A stretch of 64,000 nt of DNA, taken from positions 120,282,001 through 120,346,000 of the forward strand of contig NC_087437.1 in NCBI RefSeq assembly GCF_036321535.1, written 5' to 3'. Positions 11,475 through 34,241 of the stretch are shown here, one piece after another. Both the position numbers and the translations under genes were made by a program. Numbering within the stretch: the stretch's first letter is position 1; every line of letters starts with the position of its first letter. The DNA is from Camelus dromedarius (taxonomy: Eukaryota). Below the pieces are notes generated by a model that saw nothing but the letters and a program-made list of their open reading frames with translations, was not told the origin of the DNA and did no database searches.

Positions 11475-14139
11475 CTAACCAACATGAGACACCCTTCTCC
11501 TGTCAGGAGCTCGCCCACCTGGCCCTCATGGTCAGCAGCACTGTTCCCAGGCTCTTGGGCACCTGACCTGGAGTCACACCGGCCAACAGCAGCTGATGAG
11601 CTGGGCTTTGTCTGAGTCACCAAAACTCACAGACCTCAGCTCCTTCCTCTGCAGCACGGGGACAAAACATTTGCCTTCAAGCCTATTGTGGGGACCAAGT
11701 CAGAACAAGCAGGAACAGGGGTTCTGTGCCCGTGTGCACCCAGGTGCGAGCACGTGTGTGCAAATGTGCAGGGACACACCCATCACCCGTCAGAGAGCCG
11801 CCTGCTCGCGTTCCAGCCCGTCCAGCCTCCACACCCAACCCTGCGCCCTGGCCTTCTCAGAAAGGTGGCTGAGCGTGTTTATCACACTCGGGGTGAAGCG
11901 GGAGGGATGGGGGCCAGAGGGCTAGTGAGCCGGGGGCGCGGGCTCAGCCCTTGTGCTCTCCCGCTTTCTGCAGCCGGGCCCCGGGGTGCTTCCTCACCTG
12001 GGCGCAGGAGACACGAGGGGCAGAGGGTGAGTGACCATGAGTGACAGCCAGCGCATCAGCTGAGGCCACTGGCGTTGGCTCCGCCCTGCACGGGGGTCCT
12101 GCACCCTCCTCAAGGCCGGGGCTGTGAAGTCTGCAAATAGAAGCCAGCCCTGGGCTCGTCACCCACAGTCCCCAAGGGTCCCAGCTGGTGGTGGCTCTGC
12201 AGCGGTGCCTCCTCCAGCCTCAGCTTCCTGCTGGCTCCTTTCCTGGCCACCTCTTGCTGTCCCTGACCTGTGGGCACAGGTCCACGCCCCCGCCCGGCCT
12301 CTGGAGAGGTCTCCAGCTGTCCTGAGCTTGGGGAAGACTCCGAAGCAGGCTGTCCCTATGGAGAAGGGCTGTGTCCCCTGTGAGTAGCCAGGGCCCCCGA
12401 GGCTCTCAGGCCATGACCCTGCTGTCATCAGGGCCCCTCATCACACTGCTGTCACCTCTCTCGTCCCGGCCCCTCACCTCTGCCCAAGTCTCACCCAGTG
12501 TGAACTGCGGGGGCAGGAGTGGGGGGCACACGCCCTGCCCCCCAAGCCGGGCAGCACCACCTGCCAGGCCTTTGCTGGCGGCTCTGGAGGAGCCCACCTC
12601 AACGGGGGCGCCTGGAAGAGGAGGGCAGCCAAGACGGGGGCCAGAGGGCGCTGCCCCAGGATGCCTGGATGGGTTTCCGTGTGTGTCCGGGGCTCTGGCC
12701 GCAGGCGGGCAGGTGCCCCTCCCCAGGGGCCCTGCGGTTTAGAGCCAAGACCAGCCCAGCGCCCGCTGCCCTGCCCACCTCCGTGGGCCTTTGTGCCCTG
12801 CACTCGCTCTGCCCGTCTGGGGCGGAGCACTTCCTTCTGTGTTTTCATTTCCCTTTTTCCCAAGGAGGGGGCACCACCTGCCCCCGGCCCAGCACAGGCC
12901 CTCACCAGCTCCAGGCTGGGGTGCGAGGCTTGGAGACGTCTGGGGACCCAGGGACAGAGGGGAGCTTTGGGGACTAAGCGTCCTTCCTGAGTACGAGTAG
13001 GGAGAGGCACCACCTGTCCCAGAAGGGGCCACCATTGGGGCCCACAAGTCTGGCTGCTGGGAGCACCCCGGCCTTGGAGCAAGGCTGAGGAGACAGCCCA
13101 GTGCAGCGTCCCACACCCCCGAGGCAGCCCCCCATAGCCTTTCCCACCAGGAGGCTGCCCTGCCCTTGCCACCCCCAGGTCACCCCAACACATCCTCTGG
13201 GCCCCCCACTGGCCGGCCTCAAGCCCAAGCAGACCCACATGAGCCCCACAGCATCCTGGGCCCCCATGCCGGGAGGTGGAGTGAGGCTCTGCGGCCAGGA
13301 CTGGCAGCAGGCAAGCTAGGGGGAGCCCCTCACCCCAGCCCCCTGCTCACAAGGCCCACACCCAGCCCTGGCGCCGCCGCTGGTCACGGCGCTGGCCTTC
13401 CCCGCCTCCTTGCCAGGCCCCTTCTGCAGTTGGGGTGCAGGGGTCTCCACCTCCCAGGCCTGCCTGCACCCCCCACCTTGCACAGTGGCCTTCGCCTAGC
13501 CTGTGTCTGCGCTGGGTCTGCCCTGCTGGCGGCTCCCTCCGGCCCTGAGCCCTAGAAGCAAGGCTGCCCTGAGGTCTCCACAAGCCCTGGGGAGGCCCTG
13601 GGAGCCATTTCCTGGATAAAACCCGAAATGCACAGGCCAGCAACACAGGGATGGGAACAGTGTCGTTTGGTCCAGCAGAGAGGGGCGCCCTGTGTTCCCT
13701 GCTCGGATCCCGGCTTCGGACACAGTCCGGGAGCATCTTGACCCCGACTTACAGGATATCACGTGACGGTGCCGGGCTGGAATCTCACTTCCCTCTGAGA
13801 TTCAGGCTGAAAGAGGCTGAGGCTTCCGGGAGGAGGGCGGGAAGTCAGCAGGGAAGGGGAGGCTGGGGTTCCGGCTCCTGTTTCCTGCCCGCCTTTGCCC
13901 GCCCCAGTAAGGATGGCGGCTTCGCCTACCTACTGGTGCCCCCGCTCACCGCACAGGTGTCTGCTTCAAGCAAAATCGGGATGTCTGATGGGAGGAGGGA
14001 GCCATTTTCTTCTCAACCACGCGGGTGGTGGAGCCTGGAGAGGGTAGGGAGAGGGGACAGCGTGGGGCAGGTGGCAGGGCTGGAGGCCCCAGGGCCACTG
14101 TCCCCTGACTGCTGTGGGTCGGGTTGCCTTCAGAGATGG

Positions 14140-14552
14140 GAGCTTGCCTGTGGCTGTGTACCAAACACCATGGCCTGGGGGGCTTCGGACAACAGGAATT
14201 TATTCTCTCACAGTCTGGAGGCTGGGAGTCCAAAATCGAAAATGTCACGGGGTCATGCTCCGTCCAAACTCCCAGGGAGGGGCCTTCCTGCCTCCCCTGG
14301 TGGCCGGGCCGGACGCTCCGTGGCTTGTGGCCGTGTCTCTCTGATCCCCACTCTGTCTTCACAAGGCCTGTTCCCTCCGTCTGTGTCCAAACCTCCCTGT
14401 GCTTCTAAGAACACCAGTCTCACAGGATGTTGGGCCCCCCCTCCAGACCTCAGTTCAACTTGATGGCAGCTTCCTGCAAAGACTCCATCTCCAAATTAGG
14501 TCACAGGCACCAGGGACCATATCAAGTGAAGGGACACAACGCACCCCACAGC
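14140..14552 (-). mobile_element. MLT1 (A-D group) LTR
   Basis: acaacaggaatttattctctcacagtctggaggctgggagtccaaaatc..aagaacaccagtc..tgcaaagactccatctccaaattaggtcaca. Confidence 0.85.
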
Positions 14553-16789
14553 ACCTTCCATCTTGAAAAGGCGAAAATAGGGGCGGTGCGCTCCCACCCA
14601 GGACTTGGCCTTTGACCCCAGGTCTGCGCTCAGGCGGGCTCTCTTGGTGGTGGGAGGGGTTCTAGGACAAGGATAGAAAGAAAACGGGGCGTCGTCCCAT
14701 CACTTCACAGTACCGCTCAGGGGCAGACTGCTGGGTCCGAGGATGCTGCGCTGTTCACCAGCTCTGTGCTCTGGGACGAGGGCCTGCACCTTCAGTGTCT
14801 CCATCTGTGAAGGAGACAGCCTGGAGAGCTTGAGTCTGGGGTCTGGGCTGTGCCCTCGGGCGTGAGCCCCAGAACCTCAGGGCCTGGCAAAGGGAGGGAG
14901 GAAGGGCAGGTCCCACGTCCTGCCTGGAGCCTCCTGCCGACAGCCAGGCCTGCAGCCCCGGCTCCATTGACCTCTGAGGCCTCTGTCCCCGTCTGCAACC
15001 CTATGGGGACACAGCTTCCTCACTCCCAGCCTCCCCTACAGATGAGACTCTAGCCCCCTCTGAGCTCAGAAGGGAGGCCCCGGCACAGAAGGAAGAGAAG
15101 AAACAGCCTACCTGGGCCTGCTCACTGAGGGCCATCCAGCTCTGGAGAGGCCACAGCCCTAGTCACTCCCGCAGCTGGAGACACAGGTACATGCACCCTC
15201 CGTTACAAGCCCCCATCCCTGTGCCGGGGAGCCCCAAGAGGCGAGAGGCCCGAGTTCTTGCAGGTGCCACTCCCACACCAGCGCCACCAAGGCCCAGGCG
15301 AGAGGAGCAGTGCCACCTCGGCACGGGGGCCTCAGACGTCCACGCTGCCCGCTCCCCAGTCCTGCTCTGACCCCTCACACCTGGCCATGGCCAGCCTGGG
15401 CGGTGACCGGCCCTCACATCACCAGGTCCCGAGGGCCTGTCTCTGGAAAGGAGAGGCATGCATGCTGGGGGGCACCCCCTTTCTCTTTGGAGGACTCAGG
15501 TTTGCTCTCCTTTGACAGGGGGCAGCTCCAGATATGCCCCCAACCCCGTCCATGCCACACGAGCACCAGCTCTGCACCTGGGAACAACACGTGCCACTTG
15601 GCCCCGCACAGCATCTCTGCACAGGGTGGTTGTGGTGTGTGGTGTCCCCCCGATCCCTGACCTCTAGCCTGGCCCTGAACTCCCCTGCACCACCCTGTCA
15701 GGGCTAGGGAGCTGTGGGCACTTTGAATTCCCAGCAACCATCGACCCGCCATGCCCGTGCAAGGCGACAACCACTGCCTGACTCAGACAGGCAAAGATGA
15801 TTGGGCTGTCATGCCTATTTCAGGAAAATTAATTATACCCCATGTGGAGAGGGAACTCGCCAATTAAATGTCTTCCATGCACCGTCCCGGAATGCCAAGT
15901 ACAGCCTGCCTGCAGCTCTGGCCCAGGGTGGGTGGGCAGAGCCCCCAGGAGCCTCAGGGGTATGGGGGCTCCCCGAGTGATGGCCAGCAGGACTCAGACC
16001 CTCCCAGCTGGCCCCTTATCCCCGCCATCCATCCATCACTGATGCAGGAACCTGCAAACTTTGTCCAGAGCATCCCAGTCTGGAGCTGAGCTTTTGGGCC
16101 AGCTCACTACTGGGCGACCATGGGCAGGGCTGACTCAAGAATCTAGCTAGCCCCGGCATATCCAGGGGAGGCCACCCCACCTCGGAGGCTGATGGTGGCC
16201 CCCACCTGGGGAAGGCTGCCTGTACAGCACCCCTCTCCCTGGCCGCTGCCCCCATCCCCTTCTTTTTCACGCTTGTTCTTCAGGGTCTTCTGATTGTCCA
16301 GTGAGGGGAGATGGACAGCCAGTGTGTCCATGGAGAGCCAGTGTGTCCAGGGAGCAGGCTGGGAGCCAGACTCAGCCCTAAGCAACCAGGCCCCACCACC
16401 CCCGCTGCCAGGGGTCGGTGTATCGGCAGCCACCTGTGAAGGTCAGGGACAAGCTTCCTAGTGACAAAGAGCAACAGCTCACATGTCCTCCAGCCCTGAG
16501 CCACACCCCCTGGCCTGCCCCCCTGCTCCTTGGAGAGCTGGCGAATAGGCAGCGCGAGTCCGCCTGGCAGGCAGAAGGAGGGCCCAGAGGCTTACAGTCC
16601 GGCCGCATAGAGCCTGGCTGGGGAGTCGCCGCCTCCCCCCGCTGCAGTCCCGTGGGTACAAACCAGGTCCTACAGGTGGAACCCGTGGCCTCTGCACCAG
16701 GTTTGGAGCTCATGGAAAAATGGACCCACTGGTCCGGGCTCAGTCTTCATCTCCACGTCCAACAACGAAGGCTCATGTTAGCACGTGGT

Positions 16790-19440
16790 GTCTGAACTTT
16801 TATCATTATCGTTGCTGATATAAAAGGAAAACTCAGATGAACACTGCTCTATAAAACACGATAAAAGTGGCAGTGGGGCCATGTGCCCACAGTCCGACCC
16901 ACGGGACGTGGATGGGTGGGACACGTGTCACACCCCTCCCCACGTGGAGACAGATGATGTAATTGAAACAGTCAGTGCGGAGGAAGACCTGTGGGGTGAC
17001 AGGGGGCCGAGAGGCGAGACGACCTGGAATGCGGAGCGGGACGGCAGCCTGGTACGCACTTCGCCGCTGGTTACAGTCAATGCTAAATGGGCCAAATGCA
17101 CTGCTAAGAAGCAGGGACAAGCGGGCTGGATGGAAGTCCAGGGCCCAACCATGCCGTCTACAAGAACCCACTTTGACATAAAGACTGGCCAAGAGTAGAA
17201 ATGGTGGAAGTTTAGCACGCACCCACCAAGCCAAGGAAGCTAGGATGGCAGTGTCAAAGGAGACCTCAGAACAAGGAGGGTGAGCGAGATGACGAGGGAC
17301 GGCCCACTCACCAAGACACAGCAATCCCAGAAGTGTACACACCTGGTGAGAGAGAGCTTCAGAGCACATGACGGTAAAGCCGGGAGAGCTGAAGAATCAG
17401 ACAGACGACACGCGTCACTCGGGGTCTCAACACTCCCCTCTTAGGGCAAACAGAAAAGAAGACGGAAAACCAGCAGGATGCCGAAGACTCTGGCCGCGGC
17501 ATCGCCCGCCCCGCCCCGCCTGGTGTTTACAGCACTTTCCACCCGACCAGAGCAGAACGCGCGCTCTTCTCAGAGCACACGGAGCACTCACCGAGAGGAG
17601 CCACACGCTAGCCCCCAAGGCAAGGCTCAGGGAAGCGGGAGGCGTCGCCGCAGCGCCGCCAGACAGTCGGCTGATGCCAAGAGACCAATACAGACTTTGG
17701 AGAAATAGAGCTGATGACTCCACCAGAAGAGACGAGCGTCCTGAAAGATGTGAGCCCCCCAGGCTCGCTCAGACATGGGGCAGAAACGCTGCACAGCTCT
17801 AGACCCATGCGTGACGCTGAACTTGTAACTTAAAGCCCCCCGCAAAGCAGCCCCTGCCCCAGACGCCTCACCAGTGAACTCCATCAGGTACTTAAGGAGG
17901 AAGTGATACCGGTCCTACACACACACAAGACAGATTTGATACAATTTATAGCAATTGACAGGCTGATTCTAAAATGTATATGGAAATGTGAAGGACCCAG
18001 AAAAGCACAAGTAATTTAGAGAAAAAAGAATAAAATCAGAAGATTTATATTACCCAATTTTATCAAGACTTAAGCTGTAATAATAAAAATAACCAGGGCA
18101 ATGTGGCCTTGCCACCGGACAGACATGCAGATCCACAGCACGGAGTCCAGAAGTAGGTTCTCACATTTGTAGTCACTTAGTTTCCGACACATGTGCTCAA
18201 TTAATTCAGCGGGGCAAAGGAGAGCCTTTTCAATAGATGGTCCTGGAACCAGATAACCAGAAAGGAAAAATACACTTCAACTGCCATCCCAAATCACAGG
18301 CAAACAGCATCTCAAAGTGGATCACAGATGTAGAAAGAAGAGCTGATTATATAAAACCTCTAGGAGGAGGAACTTCTCAGCATTGGGGCAGACAGATTTC
18401 TTAGACAGGACACAAAAAGCACTGACCAGAAAAGATAAAATGCTAAGGTGGACTTCATGAAAATTAAAACCTTCAACTCCACTCTTCAAATGAAAGGCAA
18501 GCCACAGACAGGGAACTACTCTGTGTATGTGAGAGTAGACAAACCTACGTATGTATATGCGTGTGTGTGTATGTGCGTAGATATACATACATCTCAATGT
18601 GCGTATGGCAACACTTATTTGCAGAATATGTAAAGAACTCCTACAACTTAATAAAAAGAATTCAAACAACCTCATTAAAAATTGGCAGGAACTCAGACTT
18701 GAAAAATAGAATGGCCAATAAGCACGTAAAAAGACGTTAAACTCACAAGTCATCGGGAAAAGGCAAAACAAAATCAGAAGAACAGGCTTATCAGAACGGC
18801 TTAGATTGTAAAGACCGACACTAGCATGTGCTGGCCAGGCTGCAGAGCAACCGGAGCGCTCAGACACCGAGGCCGGGGCGTGCATCAGGGCGGCCACTCT
18901 GGGTGACAGCTTGGCAGCTTCCTGCAAAGTCAGTAGCTGTCATTCAGTCAGTGCAGCCGTCGCTTCCACCCGTCACCCAAGAGAAACAAAACGCGTCCAC
19001 GTAGACACTCACACACAAATACTCACAGCAGCAGCATTTGTAATAGCCCCAAACTGGGACCAGCCCGAGCGTCCACGGACAGGTGAGTGCAGGAACACCC
19101 CTGGTCGGCCCACGCCGTGGGGCACGCTCGCCCAGCAGTGAAAGGGCCGAACTCGTGGCACCCACAACTCCTGGACGGACCTGCACGGAATTCTGCCAGG
19201 CGAACGGATAACACATGCTGTGTGACCCGTTCAGGGGAAATTCTAGAAAATGCAAACTAAGCCACAGGGCCTGAGGGCAGGCCAAAGGCTGCCTGGGGCT
19301 GGGAGAGCGGGGTGTCTCCCCAGGGCCTGGGGGCCCTCTGATGTAGACATGTGTGTTCTGACGTCGGTGGTGGCCATACCGTCTGCGCCTTGTCCGAGCG
19401 CACTGAACGCTGTGACAGGCTTTTCACTGTGTGTCAGTCC
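16790..19440 (+). mobile_element. Old L1M fossil (ORF2 pieces and 3'UTR), internally deleted
   Basis: Endonuclease-like starts at ~17070 and ~17553; ccagtgaactccatcaggtacttaaggaggaagtgatacc at 17871; ctgattctaaaatgtatatggaaatg; gcagcatttgtaatagccccaaactgg. Confidence 0.85.
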
Positions 19441-22009
19441 CAGCTGACTGGTTCTGGGGGACTGCGTCCCCTGGGCCCACCCCCACCCCACCCCAGTCTT
19501 CAAACCTCAACCCAGTGGGATGGGGAGCCCCCGGCTTCTCACTCAACCTCTTGCCACTGGAAGAGGACACACTCGGTGAAGGAGGGAAGATGCCTTCCCC
19601 TCAGGTTTGACCAAAACCCCCAAAGCCTACTGGGAAGCGGGGCTGGCCTGCAGCCCATGACTTCATCTCAGCCCGGGGCCCCTCAGAGACACGGGGGCAG
19701 AGCTCTGTCACCTCAGCCTCCTGAATGAGGTTTCTATTTTTTACGGAAATCACCTTCAAATAAATGAAACGATGATGATGAAAGAGGAGTGAGTCGGACT
19801 GAGCCCCAGGGGTCCCGCTTAAGGGGAGGGACTGAACCTGCTCACTCTTGTTCTCCCTCCCCCGCCCCAGCCCCCGCCCCACCCCCACTGCCCTCCCAGC
19901 CTCGCAATCTGCCCTCTGCTCTCACCACAGACAGTAGCCCCCCGAGCCAGGCCTGGGAAACTTCAGGTGGGCCCTTACAGAAACGTCCACCCCACGTACC
20001 CTCTTCAGGGCCACCCCTGGGGTCAGAGGTCATGCCACAGATGGCTGAGTTCACCCTGTGCTCATCTGAAATGCCCTGGTATCGTTCTGGAAGGAAAGCT
20101 AATCGGCCAACCCACTTCCTCCCCCAACCTCTCCAAGCCGGCGGTTCCTCTTAGGTCAGATTCGGTTCCCACCTCTGAGTGGGGCGGCCCCTCACCCCCA
20201 GCCTGGAGCCCCCACACTCTGTGTCCCCGCGTCCGCAGTCCCTGCCCCGCCCTGGGCTCCAGCGCACTGCCCCGTGGCCCAGCTGCGAAGGCGCCCCCAG
20301 CCCTGGGCGCCAGAGGCACACCGCTGGCACCCAGAGCCCTTTAGGGCGATGTCTCCTCTCGACGCAGGAGTCAGCATTGTCAACAGCGGAGTGGAGACCA
20401 GGGCCGAGCCCGAGCCACCAGGTCCACTGGACCTTCTCCCCTGGTGGACACGTGCCTTCTGGTCGCAGGGCCCAGCCGTGCTAAGTGGTGCCGGAGGCAG
20501 CGAGCGCTCACCCACCCGAAGGAGACCGCGTCATGAGGTTCTCCGTCCTGAACCCGGGGAGCCGACCCTGGCACCAGAGCTGCCGAGCAGGGGCAGGCCC
20601 CAGTGTGTCCAGCAGCCCAGGCCACCCTCTGAGGCCTCCGCTGGTGCTCCCCTGGTGTCGGGCCCCCCGGCTCAGCCACACCTGCGTCAGGAAGGACTCG
20701 GCAGCCGCCGGGTCTGCAGCAGCCAGCGCTCTGGGCTACACCTGGATCCCGGCCAGAGGAGGGGGAGGGAGAAAATCTCAGAACCCCTGCGCGCCCATTG
20801 CTCAGAGGTGCGACCACGTGCTGCAGGATGTGCCAGAGGCCGGCTGGGCCCCCCACCCCCACCCCCACCGGGAACGGGCACCTCTACAGCACCAACACCT
20901 CGAGAGACGCGGGAGAAGGTGGGCTGGTCCCCAGCGAAGCTGTCGGGACCCTCAACACGCTGCGGGCCTCACCGAAACCCACGGCCACTGGCCTCCTGCT
21001 CCTCGGCGGTGGGGCGGGTAGAGGGGGTTCCTGAGCGCATCTGTGAGGCCGGGTCGTTGTTCCGAGGTCTCTGAGAGGCTCCCTGGGCGGACTCCAATTT
21101 CCAACTCGGGAATCTCAGGAAGCTATTTAATAATCATCGTCGTCAGCATGGTGGCAGCACCCACAGCTCAGCTCAGAGGACCGGCCAGGGAGAGACCAGG
21201 GGCTTGTTCAGCCCACGGCTGCTTGCGAGGGCCGTCGCGTGCCCGCCCGCTCGGGGGTCCGCTGGATTCAGACGCGAGGCGGGGCCCCAGGAGGTGCTGA
21301 GCGCCTGGTTGAGGAGACAGCACACGCACGTCTAGTTATTACCACGACGCTAGCACAGAAGCTGAGTGTGGCCGGAGGTCCAGACACGTTTTGCTTGCGT
21401 CCTGCCTGGTTTACAAGACCCTCCGTCCGCAGCAGTAAACTGAGCTTCCCCTTGGTCTTCTAGAGAGCAAAGCCACGGGGTTCTGCGGCCGGGCTGGCCC
21501 CTCCCCCTCCTGGTGGGGGTGGGTGGAAACGGAGGCGCCAGGAACACAGAGCCAGCTCCAAGCCCAAGCAGGGGCAGTCACTTGGGGTTGCTGAGCTGCC
21601 CTTGGGGCACGTCTGACCCACCCTCCTGATGGAAGCCAGTCTCATCACGGTGAACCACGGCTCCCGATTTAAGATGCCAAAATTGTTCTTCAGCGTGCCC
21701 TCAAAGCCGCCAAGACACCCCAGAAAGCAAGGAGCCATTTGCTGGGGAACTCCTTCCAACGGGCGTGAGGACCCCAGCCTCTCAGAACCCACAGGCTACA
21801 AGAGAGGCCACCGTGCATAGGCCATCCGAAGGGCCCTGGAGTTTAAGCAGCACACACTGACATTCCTGGGGGGTGTGCAAAATTCTGAGCTTCCATGGGA
21901 CCCCCGCAGATATCACCCCCCATAGCAGCCTGGCTGTGCTGACCCCTCACCCGGAGCCTGCTCTCCAGGAGGAAGGTCCTCTGTATCAGCATCTCTCCCT
22001 CAAACAATC

Positions 22010-22712
22010 CTTTTTCTTTTCACTTTGGTTCAATACTTATAAAATTTACCATTTTTAAGTGAACGTTTCAGTGGCACTGAGGACATTCACATTGCTGTGC
22101 ACGCATCACTACCATCCATCTCCAGAATTTTCTGTCTCTCCCAAACTGACACTCTGCCCCCATCAGTCACTCACTCTCCCCACCTCCCCTGGCCCCGGCC
22201 CTGACCCTCCTGCTTTCTGCCTGTCTGACACTTCCAGGGACCGCATTTAAGTGGACGCAGTGTTTGTCCTTCTGTCTGCCTTATGTTACTGAACACAACG
22301 TCCTCCAGGTTCGTCCGTGTTTCAGCCCGTGTCAGAACATCCTTCCTTTTTAAGGCGGAATAATATTCCATCCTGTGACTGGACCACATTTTGTTTGTCC
22401 ATCCATCCACCGATGGACACTGGGCTGCTTTGACAACTGGACTATAGTGAATATGCTGCTATGAACACAGGTGCACAGGTATCTGTGTGAGAGCCTGCCT
22501 TCAGTTCTTTTGGGTCTTGGCCCAGAAGTGGGATTGCTGGATCATATGGTGACTGGTTAACCTTTTAAGGACCTGCAGTACTGTTTCCCACAGCAGCTGC
22601 ACCACTGTACTTTCCCACGAGCAAGGCACAGGGTTCCAATTTCTGCATCCTTGCAAACAGTTTATGTTTTTTGTTTTTTTTTTTGATAATGACCATCCTG
22701 ATGGGAGTGAAG
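22010..22712 (-). mobile_element. L1MB-like 3' end
   Basis: ataaaatttaccatttttaagtg..cagtggcactgaggacattcacattgctgtgc..tgctgctatgaacacaggtgcaca..gggattgctggatcatatggt. Confidence 0.9.
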
Positions 22713-23204
22713 ATGTTAAAGAAAGTTTTTTACCAAAAAATACTTGGCAGGATTCCGAATGAAGGGAACTCTGTTCTTTTAGGAGCCAAGCCTGCCCTAT
22801 TGCTAGAAGATGGTGAAGCCAACTCTAAAAGACCAGGAAATAGTTTGGCTGTGAGATTCTTCCCAAGCCTGGATTTAACACAGGTGGATTCGGAGAACAT
22901 TCTCAGGGGAGAGGGAAGAGTGAGCGGTGCCCTAGGAGGGGAAGGACCAGCTGAAAACAGACCTGGTGTTAAGACGTCAGTGGATTAGCAGGCCCTGCTG
23001 CCTGGGGAGGGGTCTGAGCTCCACTGCCCCCCGCCCACCACCCCTGCCCAGGTCCCGACCACTGAGCGCCCGCTGCTCCTGCCGGGCAAGGGGCTTGTGC
23101 CTGCGGCTTAGGGGCTGAACGGGAGCAGGTACCTGACACTCAACGGACCTGGAGGAAGAGGCTGGAAGAAAGGTGCTCTCATGGAGAACAGAGGGGAGGG
23201 GTCA

Positions 23205-25082
23205 ACGTTTCTTCCCCAAACATTTTATTTAAATATTAAATTAAAAAACATACATCCACTAATCATTTGGCATACATTTCTCATGTTAACATAAGAAATA
23301 ATTCAGTTATGGTAAAAAAAGAAAAAGAAAAAGAAAATCCCAAACTATGTACATCTTAATCAGACCTCGCAGTGCCTTCGAACAGGCTCCTGCGTTCAGT
23401 CTGCAGGACACGCTGCCGAGAAACCTCCCGCACGCGCATTGCACACGCCGGACACAACACGGAACGCGACCAACGGCGAGAGAAATCAGCTGAGAGTAAA
23501 GTGCTTGCCACGGTTCTGAGGCCTTTGATCGACGGCGTTAGAACAGAGATTCATTAAAGGGGGAGGCGGCTGCGGGGTGGACGGTGCCTCCGCGGAGCTG
23601 AAGGCCGAGGCCAGGGCCCGAGGCCCCTGTGCCCACCCGGCCCACACCTTCCCTGCGAGCGACAGGAGGCTGAGGTGGCTTCTCTGCGGCCGGCGCCACA
23701 GAGCGTGCTGTCCCTGGAAAGAGCCACAGAGCAGGGGCGGCAGGGCCGGCAGGAGGAGGGTGGGGGCCTCCCCACCCTGGGGAGCTCGGCAATCTTTGGC
23801 TTCTACAGATGCCACCTGCTCGGGCAGCATCACCTCTGCTTAATACTGAGGGTCTCAGGAGCCGAAGGGGTGGAAGGCACCTACCTGGGTTCGGCGGGGG
23901 AGGGGCAGATCTTCTCAGACGCTGACCGAGCCACCATCTGAGTCCACCTGCCAGGTGGGCACACCCCACGCCTCCCTCCTCCCAGCCCCACCTCCACGCA
24001 GACCAGTGCCAGCGCTTTGTCACGTTACCAGAGGGGACAATTCAAACCAGCAACACAAAAATGTAGTAAAAAATATAAAAAATAAGTAGTGTACGTCTGT
24101 CTCCTATTTATACACATGTACAGTATTTGCTTTAAAAAAGGAACAAAGCTTGAATAGCACTGACCTCCCCTCTCATTTCCTAGAACGAAAAGCCCACCAA
24201 GCGCAGGCTGGACAAGGTGGGCGGCCCCCAGTCACCACTGGCCTGAGGCCCCTCCTGGCCCCGCCCCACCCCACCGTCACGGAATCGCTGTATTGCACGA
24301 CACCCTACCCCCCCACCCCCCGTCAGTTGTTCTTTTTGGACCCTGATAATGAAATGCATAAAAACTTAATTAGCAGCAGAAGTAAGAGGTGCAGGAGGAA
24401 GGAACTTCTCCGGCTTCCTCCAAGGCGCCCTGGGGCCAAGCTTCGTGGTCACCCCACCCACTCAGGCTCTCCTTTGCAGCCCCCTCCGAAGAATCCTGGA
24501 AACCAGCTCCCGAGCGGTTGATAAACTGTCTCTTCCAAATTAAGAAAAAACCATCCTCCAGGTTGTGATTTCAGGGGAGAGAATTCCAAGAACTTGTAGG
24601 TTACTGTCTCTTGGGCTGGACGTTAGAGCTTTTCAAACCCCGATACGTAAAGGAGAAAGTTCACAGTTTTCAAGTGAAGCATAAATGTTTCAGAAGTGGA
24701 GAACTCTTACCCCAAAACACTACTCATCGACACGCACACACACGCACACGCGACGGGGATGCGCTTACCCGCGTGCACGGATGCGGCTCACACCGGGGGC
24801 CCGGGCTGCACGGCCGGCTGTGCCCCGCCGCCCCATCCCGCCCCGTCCTCCTGCCCCAGCAACGCGTCCCTGGATTATTAGTTTTCTTCAGAAAGTTTCC
24901 AGTCCCTACTCAGAGTTGCAGTTGCCCAGTGCAAGGAAAACATAAAACAAAAAAACTAAAAAGCCAAAACACCAATCGTATTGCTTGTTTTGCTTCTAGA
25001 AACTTATTGGCTTTGAGTCCGGGAACGTCTTCACATCCTCTGAAATTATTGCTTCAGGAAGTCGGCTGGCCCACCAGGGCCC
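23205..25082 (-). other. SIK1: SIK1 3'UTR
   Basis: Follows the stop codon, has no recognisable repeats, contains U-rich blocks and miRNA seed matches, and ends at an AATAAA. Confidence 0.85.
23224..23229 (-). terminator. SIK1 polyadenylation signal AATAAA
   Basis: TTTATT on the + strand at the end of an AU-rich block ~1.86 kb after the stop. Confidence 0.85.
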
Positions 25083-34237
<9,155 letters not shown>

Positions 34238-34241
34238 TCAC

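Noticed and set aside
13651..14463. 270-aa ORF
   Set aside because: Runs through an MLT1 LTR and has no coding signature
16312..16352. Tandem 19-bp duplication GGAnAGCCAGTGTGTCCA
   Set aside because: Two-copy slippage duplication with no sign of function
20274..21074. 266-aa ORF in a CpG-rich patch
   Set aside because: Low-complexity product of GC-rich DNA with no recognisable homology
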